From Bacteroidia bacterium (GTDB lineage: Bacteria; Bacteroidota; Bacteroidia; Bacteroidales; UBA7960): 64,000 nt of DNA. The notes below the pieces were generated by a model, which made no database searches, was not told the DNA's origin, and saw nothing but the letters and a program-made list of their open reading frames with translations. The stretch is taken from the NCBI GenBank assembly GCA_007695305.1, contig REEA01000109.1:14987-78986 (forward strand), read 5' to 3'. Positions 19,458 through 28,316 of this stretch are shown here, one piece after another (the stretch's first letter is position 1; the number at the start of each line of letters is the position of its first letter). Position numbers and translations under genes: made by a program.

Positions 19458-20708
19458 TTATCTGAACACCAACCTTTCTCTTCCTCCATAAGTGTCGTAA
19501 GAAGAAGTGATGACCCTGTCACCCGGCCGGAGGCCTTCAAGCACCTCATAGTGATGGATGTTTTGTCTGCCTATCCTAATGGGCCTTCTTATAGCCTGGG
19601 AACCCGACTGATCAAGTACATATATCCAGTTTCCTCCTGTGGTTTGGTAAAAACCGCCCCTGGGTATGATCAGTGCATCAGCCACACCGCTGAACTGCAA
19701 TCTCAATTGCAGGGTTTGGCCCCGACGGATACCGGAAGGCTCATTACCGGCGAAATGCAGGTCCACCTCAAAAGCACCACCGGTAATATTGCTATAGATC
19801 TTGTTGATCTCAAGGTGGTAGGTTTGACCGCCATATTCAAATGAAGCGGGTTGCCCGAGATAGGTGCGATTTACATACCTTTCGTCTATTCTTGCACGGA
19901 GCTTAAATCCATCAAGAACATCTATCTGTCCGAGGTTTTGACCGGTGGACTTGGTTTCACCCCTTTCCGTGTTAAATGCAGAAAGCTGTCCGGATATCGG
20001 TGCACGTATCACAAGGTTGTCAAGTGTTTGATGCAGCATGCGAATGTTTTGCTGTACGCGGTCAATCGACTCATTGATCTGGTCCATCTGTGCAGAAACA
20101 TATAAGGAATCGTGACGCATGGTGCGTAATCCTATTTCATAGTTGCGTTTGGCAAAAAAGTATTCACGATATGCATTTTCATATTCCTGGTCGGGAATAA
20201 CGCCACTGTCGTAAAAGTGTTTCTTTCTTTCATAATCTTTTTTTGCCACATCCAGCCTGTACTCCAGATCAGCAAGCTGCCGCTCAAGACTAAACAGGTT
20301 TCTTTCCAGGTTCAGACGCGTGTTCTGATATCTGTCCAACACCTCCAGGGCCGTGTTTTCCTGTTGCATGTAACTCATCTCAATCTGGGCATTCGACAAG
20401 CGGAGTATCTTGTCTCCTTCCTCAACATGTGCACCATCCCGCTTGTATATTTCTTCAACCCGACCACCAAATACAGCATCCACATGAATTGTTACAATGG
20501 GCTGCACCACTCCGTCAACAGGAATAAACTCCTGGAAGCGACCCTGTTCAACAGTGGCAATGGTCATCTTGTCCTGGTCAACAAACAACCTGCTGCTTGT
20601 ATCACGAAACAGGAAAAGATAAATAATAAATATCGCAAACAAACCTGCGCCTGCTATACTTACTATTTTCTTTATAGTCCATTTCTTTTTTTTGATGATC
20701 CTGTCCAT
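19458..20708 (-). CDS. HlyD-family efflux transporter periplasmic adaptor subunit
   Basis: N-terminal membrane anchor, lipoyl-like hairpin (EEGDKILRLSN), long coiled-coil and C-terminal beta domains. First gene of the ABC exporter cluster. Confidence 0.85.
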   Translation of the reverse strand: MDRIIKKKKWTIKKIVSIAGAGLFAIFIIYLFLFRDTSSRLFVDQDKMTIATVEQGRFQEFIPVDGVVQPIVTIHVDAVFGGRVEEIYKRDGAHVEEGDKILRLSNAQIEMSYMQQENTALEVLDRYQNTRLNLERNLFSLERQLADLEYRLDVAKKDYERKKHFYDSGVIPDQEYENAYREYFFAKRNYEIGLRTMRHDSLYVSAQMDQINESIDRVQQNIRMLHQTLDNLVIRAPISGQLSAFNTERGETKSTGQNLGQIDVLDGFKLRARIDERYVNRTYLGQPASFEYGGQTYHLEINKIYSNITGGAFEVDLHFAGNEPSGIRRGQTLQLRLQFSGVADALIIPRGGFYQTTGGNWIYVLDQSGSQAIRRPIRIGRQNIHHYEVLEGLRPGDRVITSSYDTYGGRERLVFR

Positions 20709-21027
20709 TTTAAATGCTTTTTAGGGTTTGACAGGATATGCCCGAATATTGTGCCATTGTCTTTAAGTTGTTGAAAACAAAGGCAAAAGGCTCTGCTTAT
20801 AAAACGAAATGTAAAAAAAGTGTACGCAAGCGGTCACATACTGTATCAAAGTGAACGGAACGAAGCAGCTGTTAATGTTGGATTGTTTGGTTACCCGTTG
20901 CCCGGAGAAGAAAATGTTTTGCATCAATAATTAAGGAAAAGCAGCAAATGTATTGACGAAAAACAGCAGATGTTTCGCATAGTATTATATTTATGATTGT
21001 GCCAATACTGACACATTGAAAATATAT

Positions 21028-21083
21028 CTTCTTCCGGGGGAAGAAGTTGTGATGGTTTTTTAAAGTCCCCCAAAGGACTTTTT
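21028..21083 (+). terminator. Two consecutive terminator-like hairpins in a long non-coding gap
   Basis: CTTCTTCC-ggg-GGAAGAAG (21028-21046) is followed by a T6 run. AAAGTCC-cccaaa-GGACTTT (21062-21081) runs into TTTTT. No plus-strand ORF lies upstream. Confidence 0.35.
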
Positions 21084-21354
21084 ATATCATGTCTATGCAT
21101 ATGGTTAAATGCGAAACACCTGCATAAGCAATACAGACCAATTGGGGTTTTAACAATAGCGAAAGTATGGCAAAACAGTTCACGATGCAAATGATAGTTG
21201 TCCTGTTTTATAAATCAGGACAAACTGGTCAGGGGCGTTGATGTTTAGGTGTCTGTTTATCAAGATGGTGGGCGGATTTCATTATGGCTTGAAATTTGAT
21301 GTGACCAAAAGGTTTTTCATATATCTTTATCAAGAAATTTAACAACACGAAACC

Positions 21355-21939
21355 ATGAAAAAATTACTGTTTTTTACCTTTATTCTTTTGGTGGTAGCGG
21401 CGGGCAGTTGTCAGCGCCGCACTGTTACCCGCGTAGATACTGACAGGGCCATTGATTTGAGTGGCCGGTGGAATGATACCGATTCACGATTGGTTGCTGA
21501 GGAGATGATTTCTGATGCTTTATCAAGGCCGTGGCTCGATCGTTTTACCAATCAGCACGACAGGTCACCGGTAATCATTGTTGGTGATGTGCTCAACCGC
21601 ACCCATGAGCATATTGATGCAGAAACATTTATTCGTAACATGGAGCGGGAGTTCATCAACAGCGGGCTCGTCAGGCTGGTGCAGGATGCCGAATTCCGGG
21701 AGCAGCTCAGGCGCGAACGTGCCGATCAGCATGAATTTGCTGATCCGGCCACAGTGGCACAATGGCGAAGGGAAACCGGCGCCGATTATATGCTTACCGG
21801 AACAATAAACTCCATCGTTGATCAATACCGGCGTGAACGGGTCATATTTTACCAGGTAAACCTGGAACTTTCTCATATGGAAACCAATGAGAAAGTATGG
21901 ATCGGTGAAAAGCAAATACGCAAAACGGTCAGAAACTAA
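21355..21939 (+). CDS. LpoB-like (COG3417) lipoprotein, putative penicillin-binding protein activator
   Basis: Lipobox LVVAAGSC. Conserved core IDLSGRWNDTDSRLVAEEMISDAL ... PVIIVGDVLNRT ... DYMLTGTINSI, which matches my recollection of the LpoB family. Confidence 0.7.
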   Translation: MKKLLFFTFILLVVAAGSCQRRTVTRVDTDRAIDLSGRWNDTDSRLVAEEMISDALSRPWLDRFTNQHDRSPVIIVGDVLNRTHEHIDAETFIRNMEREFINSGLVRLVQDAEFREQLRRERADQHEFADPATVAQWRRETGADYMLTGTINSIVDQYRRERVIFYQVNLELSHMETNEKVWIGEKQIRKTVRN

Positions 21940-21945
21940 CAGCAA

Positions 21946-23394
21946 ATGATGCCGCTTTTGCCGGAATATAAAATGCTTCCCTTAAGAAAATGCAAGGAGG
22001 GTGCATGCCGGGTCTTCTTGCCCCTTCTTGCTTTGTTGTTTTTTGCTTTTTTGTTGAGCGGATGCAGAACATATTATCAAAAGCAGCAGGAGTTTCAGCA
22101 ACACTTCCGGGCCGGAAATCTCACAGAAGCGGCAAGAGTATTGGAGAGCGACCGTCGGGCAGACAGGCGTCGCACACGCCTGCTGCACCTCATGAACCAG
22201 GGCGTGGTGCAGCATATGCTTGGAAATTACAACGAAAGCAACAGGTTTTTTGAAGAAGCATTTGTCCTGGGTGAAGATTTCCGGAGAAATCTTGGTGACC
22301 AGGCGCTTGCCCTGCTGGTAAACCCAAATGTTACCGAATACAGAGGAGAACCTTTTGAGCTGTTGATGATTCACTACTATAAGGCAATGAACTTTATACA
22401 GCTTGGCGATATGGATGCCGCACTGGTGGAATGTCGTCGCCTGAACATCGCCCTGAACGCACTCAGCGACAGGTATAACAACGAAAACAGGTATCGGCGC
22501 GATGCATTCATCCACAACCTGATGGGGATTATATACGACGCCACTGGTGATCATAACAATGCATTTATCGCTTATCGGAATGCCCTTGAAATATATGAAG
22601 ACGATTATAGCCGGCTGTTTGGTGTCGGAGTGCCGGAACAGCTGAAGCGCGACTTGCTCAGATCGGCACACCGCGTTGGATTCACTGACCAGCTCAGAAT
22701 GTATGAGGAACGTTTCGGCATCCGTTATCAACCCGGGCGGAATGAAGATACCGGAGAACTGGTGTTTTTCTGGAACAACGGGCTGGGGCCGGTCAAAGAT
22801 GAATTTAGTATTCTGTTTACCATTGTTCGCGGCTCAGGAGGTGCCCTTCAGTTTGTGAATGAGGAACACGGCCTTGTTTTTCCGGTGCCTGCTTCGGAAA
22901 AAGAAAGCGGAGACCTGGGCGACCTGCGGGTGGTCAGGGTCGCTTTCCCAAAATACGTGGAAAGAACACCGTTGTATGCGTCAGCCCGCTTAAGATCAGC
23001 GGAAGAAACACAAACACTTTACCTTGGTCAGAACCTCAATGCAGTTGCCTTTCAATCGCTGAACGACCGGATGCTTCGTGAAATGGGAACGGCTCTTCTG
23101 CGCCTTGCGATACGACAGGCAGCTGAGCAAAGGATACGGAGGGAAGACGAAACCATCGGTGCCATCTTCGGTTTGCTTGGTGCCATTGCCGAACAAGCCG
23201 ACACACGAAACTGGCAAACCCTCCCACATTCTATACATTATACCCGCATGGAACTGCCCGCAGGAACAAACAACCTGAAACTCGAGCTGGTTTTGCCAAA
23301 TGGCAATACTGCCCGCACATTATCCTTAAATAAAGATATCCGGCCCAACCATACCAACTTTATGAATTTCCATACACCGGACACCAGGAGGTAA
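21946..23394 (+). CDS. Conserved lipoprotein with TPR-like helical N-terminal half (COG3014-like), function unknown
   Basis: Lipobox FLLSGC. The start is 7 nt after the LpoB-like stop, so the two are probably co-transcribed. Alternative ATGs at 21949 and 21973. Confidence 0.6.
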   Translation: MMPLLPEYKMLPLRKCKEGACRVFLPLLALLFFAFLLSGCRTYYQKQQEFQQHFRAGNLTEAARVLESDRRADRRRTRLLHLMNQGVVQHMLGNYNESNRFFEEAFVLGEDFRRNLGDQALALLVNPNVTEYRGEPFELLMIHYYKAMNFIQLGDMDAALVECRRLNIALNALSDRYNNENRYRRDAFIHNLMGIIYDATGDHNNAFIAYRNALEIYEDDYSRLFGVGVPEQLKRDLLRSAHRVGFTDQLRMYEERFGIRYQPGRNEDTGELVFFWNNGLGPVKDEFSILFTIVRGSGGALQFVNEEHGLVFPVPASEKESGDLGDLRVVRVAFPKYVERTPLYASARLRSAEETQTLYLGQNLNAVAFQSLNDRMLREMGTALLRLAIRQAAEQRIRREDETIGAIFGLLGAIAEQADTRNWQTLPHSIHYTRMELPAGTNNLKLELVLPNGNTARTLSLNKDIRPNHTNFMNFHTPDTRR

Positions 23395-23591
23395 ACCGCA
23401 GCATTTTTCAGGTAATATTTTGGCATAGACGCCCAAAAACCACAATTTATGATTACATAATATTGACGATCAATGATATAAAAACATCAAAACACAGGTT
23501 GTGTAAGTCAAGAAAAATCCTGCCCATCCATCCAACATCATACATAAAATCTTACATCATATTGTGGCAGCCCATACTCAGGAATCTTTAT

Positions 23592-23599
23592 TACTTTTG
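23592..23599 (+). promoter_or_regulatory. -7 box TACTTTTG upstream of mazG
   Basis: Exact match, 12 nt upstream of the ATG at 23612. Confidence 0.45.
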
Positions 23600-23611
23600 G
23601 AAAAAAATATT

Positions 23612-24385
23612 ATGGACAAAAGACTGCAAGCTTTTCAACAATTGTTGGATATAATGGACGAACTGCGGGCAAAATGCCCCTGGGATAAAAAACAAACGCT
23701 TGAAAGTCTTCGTCATCTCACCATAGAAGAAACCTATGAGCTGGCAGACGCTATTCTGGATGATGATCTGGAGGAAATCAAGGGAGAACTGGGAGATCTC
23801 ATGTTACACATCGTGTTTTATGCCAAAATAGGCAGTGAGAGAGGTGCTTTTGATATAGCGGATGTGCTGGAATCCATCAATGCCAAACTCATAAAACGTC
23901 ATCCCCACATTTACGGAGATGTAAAGGCGGAAACAGCCGAGCAGGTTAAGGATAACTGGGAGAAAATTAAGCTTCACACCGGAAAGAAAAGGGTGCTGTC
24001 GGGCGTTCCGAAATCCTTGCCTGCCATGATCAAAGCCTACCGGATACAGGATAAAGTTAAGGGGGTAGGTTTCGATTGGGAAAAACCAGAGCAGGTTTGG
24101 GAAAAGGTGTTGGAAGAAATGGAAGAGCTGAAAAATGAAGCTGACACCGGAGCATCACAAAAAAAACTGGAAGAAGAATATGGCGATCTGCTATTTGCGC
24201 TGATCAACTATGCAAGGTTTATAAAGGTTAACCCCGAAAATGCACTTGAACGAACCAATAAAAAGTTTGTCAAACGCTTTGAACATTTGGAAAAGCAAGC
24301 TAAAAAGCTGGGAAAGGACCTTAAGCTTATGAACCTGGAGGAGATGGACGTTTTTTGGAATGAGGCCAAGAAGATGGAGCATTAG
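23612..24385 (+). CDS. mazG: Nucleoside triphosphate pyrophosphohydrolase MazG
   Basis: Two MazG repeats with EExxE/ExxD motifs (TIEETYELADAI; LEEEYGDLLFAL). I chose the ATG at 23612 because a TACTTTTG -7 box (23592-23599) lies inside the GTG-initiated extension from 23564. Confidence 0.9.
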   Translation: MDKRLQAFQQLLDIMDELRAKCPWDKKQTLESLRHLTIEETYELADAILDDDLEEIKGELGDLMLHIVFYAKIGSERGAFDIADVLESINAKLIKRHPHIYGDVKAETAEQVKDNWEKIKLHTGKKRVLSGVPKSLPAMIKAYRIQDKVKGVGFDWEKPEQVWEKVLEEMEELKNEADTGASQKKLEEEYGDLLFALINYARFIKVNPENALERTNKKFVKRFEHLEKQAKKLGKDLKLMNLEEMDVFWNEAKKMEH

Positions 24386-24530
24386 CGATTACATAGCATT
24401 CCGGGGGAAATATGGTCAGTCCCCAAAGAAGTAACCCATCAATCATCCATCAAGAAGATATTTGTTAGCGGATTATTTGTGTTGTTTCTTTCTATGCGGG
24501 CCGCTATTATTTATCAAACCGTGCCGGTGG

Positions 24531-24986
24531 TCATTTCAGCACATCGGTTATGTGCATCTCAAAATCATAAAAAAAGGAATCTGCTTTTTTACCCAATTTG
24601 CCATCCAGCAAATAGGCGGCCTGAACCATTGGCACGGAGCGAATTTTTTTTATGAGTGCGTCGATGTCATGCTGCTCGCTGGGTTTGTCAAGCAGCAACA
24701 GATAGTCGAGGTTTTTTGGCTCAGGGAAAAGAAGACCTTCCTTGCTGCGGTTGTTCAGTAAAAAATAGCGAAGCATTAAACGCGGGATCTCTTGATAAAA
24801 AAGCGGGAATGAGGATGGTGTGTTTTGGTTGTGCGGGGAGTGCAGAAAGTCATCGATTCTTTTCAGGTCAAGGTTCAGGGTCTTGTTCAACAGCCAGCAT
24901 AAACGGTAGTCCTTTTGGGTAGAAAAAATGCCTACCGTTTTGAAATCATGGATTTGTTCTATTTTGAGTTTCAGCTTCTTTGGCAT
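24531..24986 (-). CDS. IPExxxVDY family protein (Bacteroidota-specific, function unknown)
   Basis: 151 aa carrying the family signature region, here as FPEPKNLDYLLLL. The location downstream of acpP-fabF-rnc is typical for this family. Confidence 0.75.
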   Translation of the reverse strand: MPKKLKLKIEQIHDFKTVGIFSTQKDYRLCWLLNKTLNLDLKRIDDFLHSPHNQNTPSSFPLFYQEIPRLMLRYFLLNNRSKEGLLFPEPKNLDYLLLLDKPSEQHDIDALIKKIRSVPMVQAAYLLDGKLGKKADSFFYDFEMHITDVLK

Positions 24987-25055
24987 AGGAGGTCAGCATC
25001 TTGGCTAAAACACAAAAGTACAGGAAGATTACATACAATCAAAACTTTCCTGCAA

Positions 25056-25796
25056 TCATAGAAGGTTTTCCTTATTGATGTACTCTTCCCATGCTTGTCT
25101 GGCGGCATTTTGTTCTGCTTTTTTGATGGAGCAGTCCTGTCCGCAGCCAACCACCTGATTTTCGATGGTTAATTCAATCGTGTATAACTTTCCCTTGTTG
25201 CCGTTTTCAATTTCGTTTACCTGTTGAAATACGATGCTTTTTTTCTCTTTTTGGGCCCATTCAATCATTTTACTTTTGAAGTTGACGTCGCGATGCAGTA
25301 ATTCGTCAACATCCAGATGGGTTTGAATGATTTGCTGTATGATCATTTTTTTGGTGAAGGTGTAACCTTTATCCAGATAAACAGCGCCGATAAATGCTTC
25401 AAAAGCATCTCCCAGGATGGATGACCCGCTTGTGCTGCTTTCCTTGCTTGCCTGTACAAGTTTGTCAATGCCCAGCTTTCTTGACAGTATATTTAGGTTT
25501 TGGCGGCTCACGATACGGGAGCGCATTTCTGTGAGAAACCCTTCGTCTTTGAATGGAAATTTTTTAAACAGGAAGTCGGCGACGACAGATCCCAGGACGG
25601 CATCACCCAGGTATTCAAGTCTTTCATTACAATGGCGGAAGCCGTTAATCTCGACAGTAGCCGCTGATTTGTGTCTGAACGCCAGTTCATATACCGAAAC
25701 ATTTCCCGGCTGATAGCCGAAGATGTTTTTAATGGCCTCGGCCATGGATGTTTCCGGTTTTTTGCGATTACGCCTGAAAGATGATAAGATGCCCAA
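25056..25796 (-). CDS. rnc: Ribonuclease III
   Basis: RNase III signature NERLEYLGDAVL and a C-terminal dsRBD (..AEQNAARQAWE..). Apparent TTG start; alternative ATG at 25745. Confidence 0.93.
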   Translation of the reverse strand: MGILSSFRRNRKKPETSMAEAIKNIFGYQPGNVSVYELAFRHKSAATVEINGFRHCNERLEYLGDAVLGSVVADFLFKKFPFKDEGFLTEMRSRIVSRQNLNILSRKLGIDKLVQASKESSTSGSSILGDAFEAFIGAVYLDKGYTFTKKMIIQQIIQTHLDVDELLHRDVNFKSKMIEWAQKEKKSIVFQQVNEIENGNKGKLYTIELTIENQVVGCGQDCSIKKAEQNAARQAWEEYINKENLL

Positions 25797-25807
25797 AACG
25801 AATGGGG

Positions 25808-27061
25808 TTATTGGTCAAACTTTTTAAATGCAATACAAGCATTATGTCCGCCAAAACCGAATGTATTGGACAGAGCCAGGTTAACCGTTCGCTTTTTGGC
25901 TTTGTGGTATGTGAAATCGAGCTTGTTGTCAATTTCCGGGTCATCTGTAAAGTGATTGATGGTTGGCGGTATGATATTGTGTTTGATCGCCAGGATAGTT
26001 GCAATCCCTTCGGCTGCCCCTGCAGCTCCGAGCAAATGGCCGGTCATTGATTTTGTTGAGTTGATGCTGATTTTATAGGCATGCTCGCCAAAGAGTGAAA
26101 CAATGGCTTTTGGCTCTGCAACATCTCCCAGCGGTGTAGAAGTGCCATGGGTGTTAATGTGGTCCACATCAGTTGGTTTTACTCCGGCATCTTCCAATGT
26201 GTACTGCATCACTTTGTGGGCTCCAAGTCCGTCTGGGTGCGGGCTGGTCATGTGGTATGCATCGGCTGACATTCCGCCTCCTATAACTTCGGCATATATT
26301 TTTGCTCCGCGCTTTAGCGCATGTTCCAGCTCTTCAAAGATGATGGTGCCGCTGCCTTCGCCCAGCACAAAGCCATCCCTGTCTTTGTCAAACGGTCTTG
26401 AGGCAGTTTTTGGATCATCGTTTCGCACAGAAATGGCATGCATTGCACTAAACCCGCCTACACCTGCTTCATTTACCGCTGCTTCTGAGCCCCCGCTAAT
26501 GAATACGTCTGCTTTGCCCAACCTGATCAGGTTAAAGCAGTCGATCAGCGCATTGGCTGCGGATGCACAGGCTGAAGTAGTGGTATAATTTGGCCCTCGA
26601 AAACCGTATTTGATGGAGATGTGACCGGCTGCAATGTCGGCGATCATTTTAGGGATGAAAAACGGGCTGAACCTGGGCGGGCCTTCTGATTTTGCATAAT
26701 CAGAAACCTCTTTCAAAAATGTCTCCAGGCCACCGATCCCACTACCCCAGATTACGCCAACCCTGTCCCTGTCAATCTTCTCCATGTCGAAGCCGGCATC
26801 TGCAATGGCTTCTTCGGTGGACACCATGGCGTACTGGGTAAACAAATCATACTTTCTGGCTTCTTTGCGTTCGAAATGCGCAGAAGGATCATAGTTCTTG
26901 ATTTCACAGGCAAACCGGGTCTTGAACTGGGATGCATCGAATTTGGTAATGGGTGCTGCACCACTTACACCTTTGATTAATGCATCCCAATATTCAGGGA
27001 TAGACTTACCGATTGGGGTTAAGGCACCCAAACCGGTAACGACTACTCTCTTAAGTTCCAT
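25808..27061 (-). CDS. fabF: Beta-ketoacyl-ACP synthase II
   Basis: 417 aa with active-site context TTSACASAANAL, HGTSTPLGD and GHLLGAAG. Follows acpP. Confidence 0.96.
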   Translation of the reverse strand: MELKRVVVTGLGALTPIGKSIPEYWDALIKGVSGAAPITKFDASQFKTRFACEIKNYDPSAHFERKEARKYDLFTQYAMVSTEEAIADAGFDMEKIDRDRVGVIWGSGIGGLETFLKEVSDYAKSEGPPRFSPFFIPKMIADIAAGHISIKYGFRGPNYTTTSACASAANALIDCFNLIRLGKADVFISGGSEAAVNEAGVGGFSAMHAISVRNDDPKTASRPFDKDRDGFVLGEGSGTIIFEELEHALKRGAKIYAEVIGGGMSADAYHMTSPHPDGLGAHKVMQYTLEDAGVKPTDVDHINTHGTSTPLGDVAEPKAIVSLFGEHAYKISINSTKSMTGHLLGAAGAAEGIATILAIKHNIIPPTINHFTDDPEIDNKLDFTYHKAKKRTVNLALSNTFGFGGHNACIAFKKFDQ

Positions 27062-27091
27062 TGAAATTGGTTTTGTTTAACATTTTAAGCA

Positions 27092-27135
27092 GAGCCCACA
27101 GTGAATGGAGTATGAATTACATCCAATGTGGGCTC
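27092..27135 (-). other. Intercistronic stem-loop between acpP and fabF
   Basis: Perfect 9 bp inverted repeat GAGCCCACA ... TGTGGGCTC with a 26 nt loop, in the 102 nt acpP-fabF spacer. Confidence 0.4.
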
Positions 27136-27163
27136 CACCTTTTTTAATAGTAGGTCGCTTAAA

Positions 27164-27400
27164 TCAATTGCTTTCTTTCTCAATATAAGCAATCGCTTCT
27201 CCTACCGTGCTGATTTTTTCGGCCTGGTCATCAGGAATGGCAAGGTTAAATTCTTTTTCAAACTCCATAATCAACTCAACGGTATCCAGTGAGTCTGCAC
27301 CCAAATCATTGGTGAAACTCGCTTCCGGAGTTACTTCCTTTTCATCTACACCAAGCTTATCAACAATGATAGCTTTTACTCTTGTTGCAATGTCAGACAT
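27164..27400 (-). CDS. acpP: Acyl carrier protein
   Basis: 78 aa from the ATG at 27400, with the phosphopantetheine site [11 protein letters not shown]. An AGGAG lies 5 nt upstream of the ATG. The ORF-track 116 aa version is an upstream extension. Confidence 0.95.
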   Translation of the reverse strand: MSDIATRVKAIIVDKLGVDEKEVTPEASFTNDLGADSLDTVELIMEFEKEFNLAIPDDQAEKISTVGEAIAYIEKESN

Positions 27401-27646
27401 GGTTTCTCCTTTTTTTGTTAAACAGGCTGCAAAGAAAAATATTAAATTCGTTATAACCAACTTTTTTGCTTCGATTTTTGTTTTAAACAACGCAAAAAGC
27501 TGTTTATTAATCAATAAGAATCAACTAATTATTTAGTTGTTTTTGGATCAAAAGGCAAAAATTACGCTGGTTTTTGCTCTTTTACCTACCTTTACATCGG
27601 GGTAAGGTTTTTTTTTCAAGCAAATATAGTTAAAAAACAATCAAAT

Positions 27647-28225
27647 ATGCATCAAATTGCAGTTTTGGCATCCGGTTTTGGAAGCAATGCTGAAAAATTG
27701 ATGGATTACTTTCAAAATCACCCGCAAATACGGGTGGCGGTGGTGGTGAGCAACAATGCTGCGGCGCATGTATTATCCAAAGCAAAAGAAAGGGGAATTC
27801 CCGTTGAGGTACTTCCCGGGCCGGCCTGGGAAAAGCGGGAAAAAGTGTTGGCGGTTTTTGACAGTTACCATGTTTCGGTCATTGTGCTGGCAGGCTACAT
27901 GCGTTTATTGCCACCATACTTTGTTGACACATACAGGAACCGAATCATTAACATTCATCCGGCGCTGCTTCCTGCGTTTGGTGGCAAAGGGATGTATGGA
28001 ATGCATGTGCACAGGGCTGTTGTTGAGTCTGGTGCAAAGAAAAGCGGTATAACCATACACCTTGTGAATGAACAATATGATGAAGGAGAGATTCTGTTTA
28101 GCAAGTACCTGGAAGTGTTGCCCGAAGACACACCGGAGTCATTGGCAAAAAGGGTTCAGGATTTGGAACACAGGTACTATGCTCCCGTAGTTGAAAAATA
28201 TATTTTAAGCAGCCTGCATACGTAA
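27647..28225 (+). CDS. purN: Phosphoribosylglycinamide formyltransferase
   Basis: 192 aa with motifs VLASGFGSN, VLAGYMRLL and NIHPALLPAFGG. Confidence 0.93.
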   Translation: MHQIAVLASGFGSNAEKLMDYFQNHPQIRVAVVVSNNAAAHVLSKAKERGIPVEVLPGPAWEKREKVLAVFDSYHVSVIVLAGYMRLLPPYFVDTYRNRIINIHPALLPAFGGKGMYGMHVHRAVVESGAKKSGITIHLVNEQYDEGEILFSKYLEVLPEDTPESLAKRVQDLEHRYYAPVVEKYILSSLHT

Positions 28226-28316
28226 AACTGCTCCTGAAAACAGAATGCTGACAGTCGCAGTTTGTAAAGGTTTTCTGCCAAACGAAACCGGTAAGGTAAT
28301 CTTCAGTTTTTCTTTA

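Noticed and set aside
20217-20774. 185 aa plus-strand ORF overlapping the 5' part of the HlyD gene
   Set aside because: It is antisense to a CDS with clear adaptor-protein features. The translated sequence looks random.
20924-21190. 88 aa minus-strand ORF in the long intergenic gap
   Set aside because: It has Cys/His-rich, low-complexity composition, no -7 box or plausible start context, and no motif. The ORF also spans the hairpins, which read better as RNA structure. I treat the region as non-coding.
21982-22731. 249 aa minus-strand ORF
   Set aside because: It lies entirely antisense to the well-supported TPR-like lipoprotein gene (21946-23394). The translation is low-complexity, Cys/His-rich, and has no motif. 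It is a typical shadow ORF.
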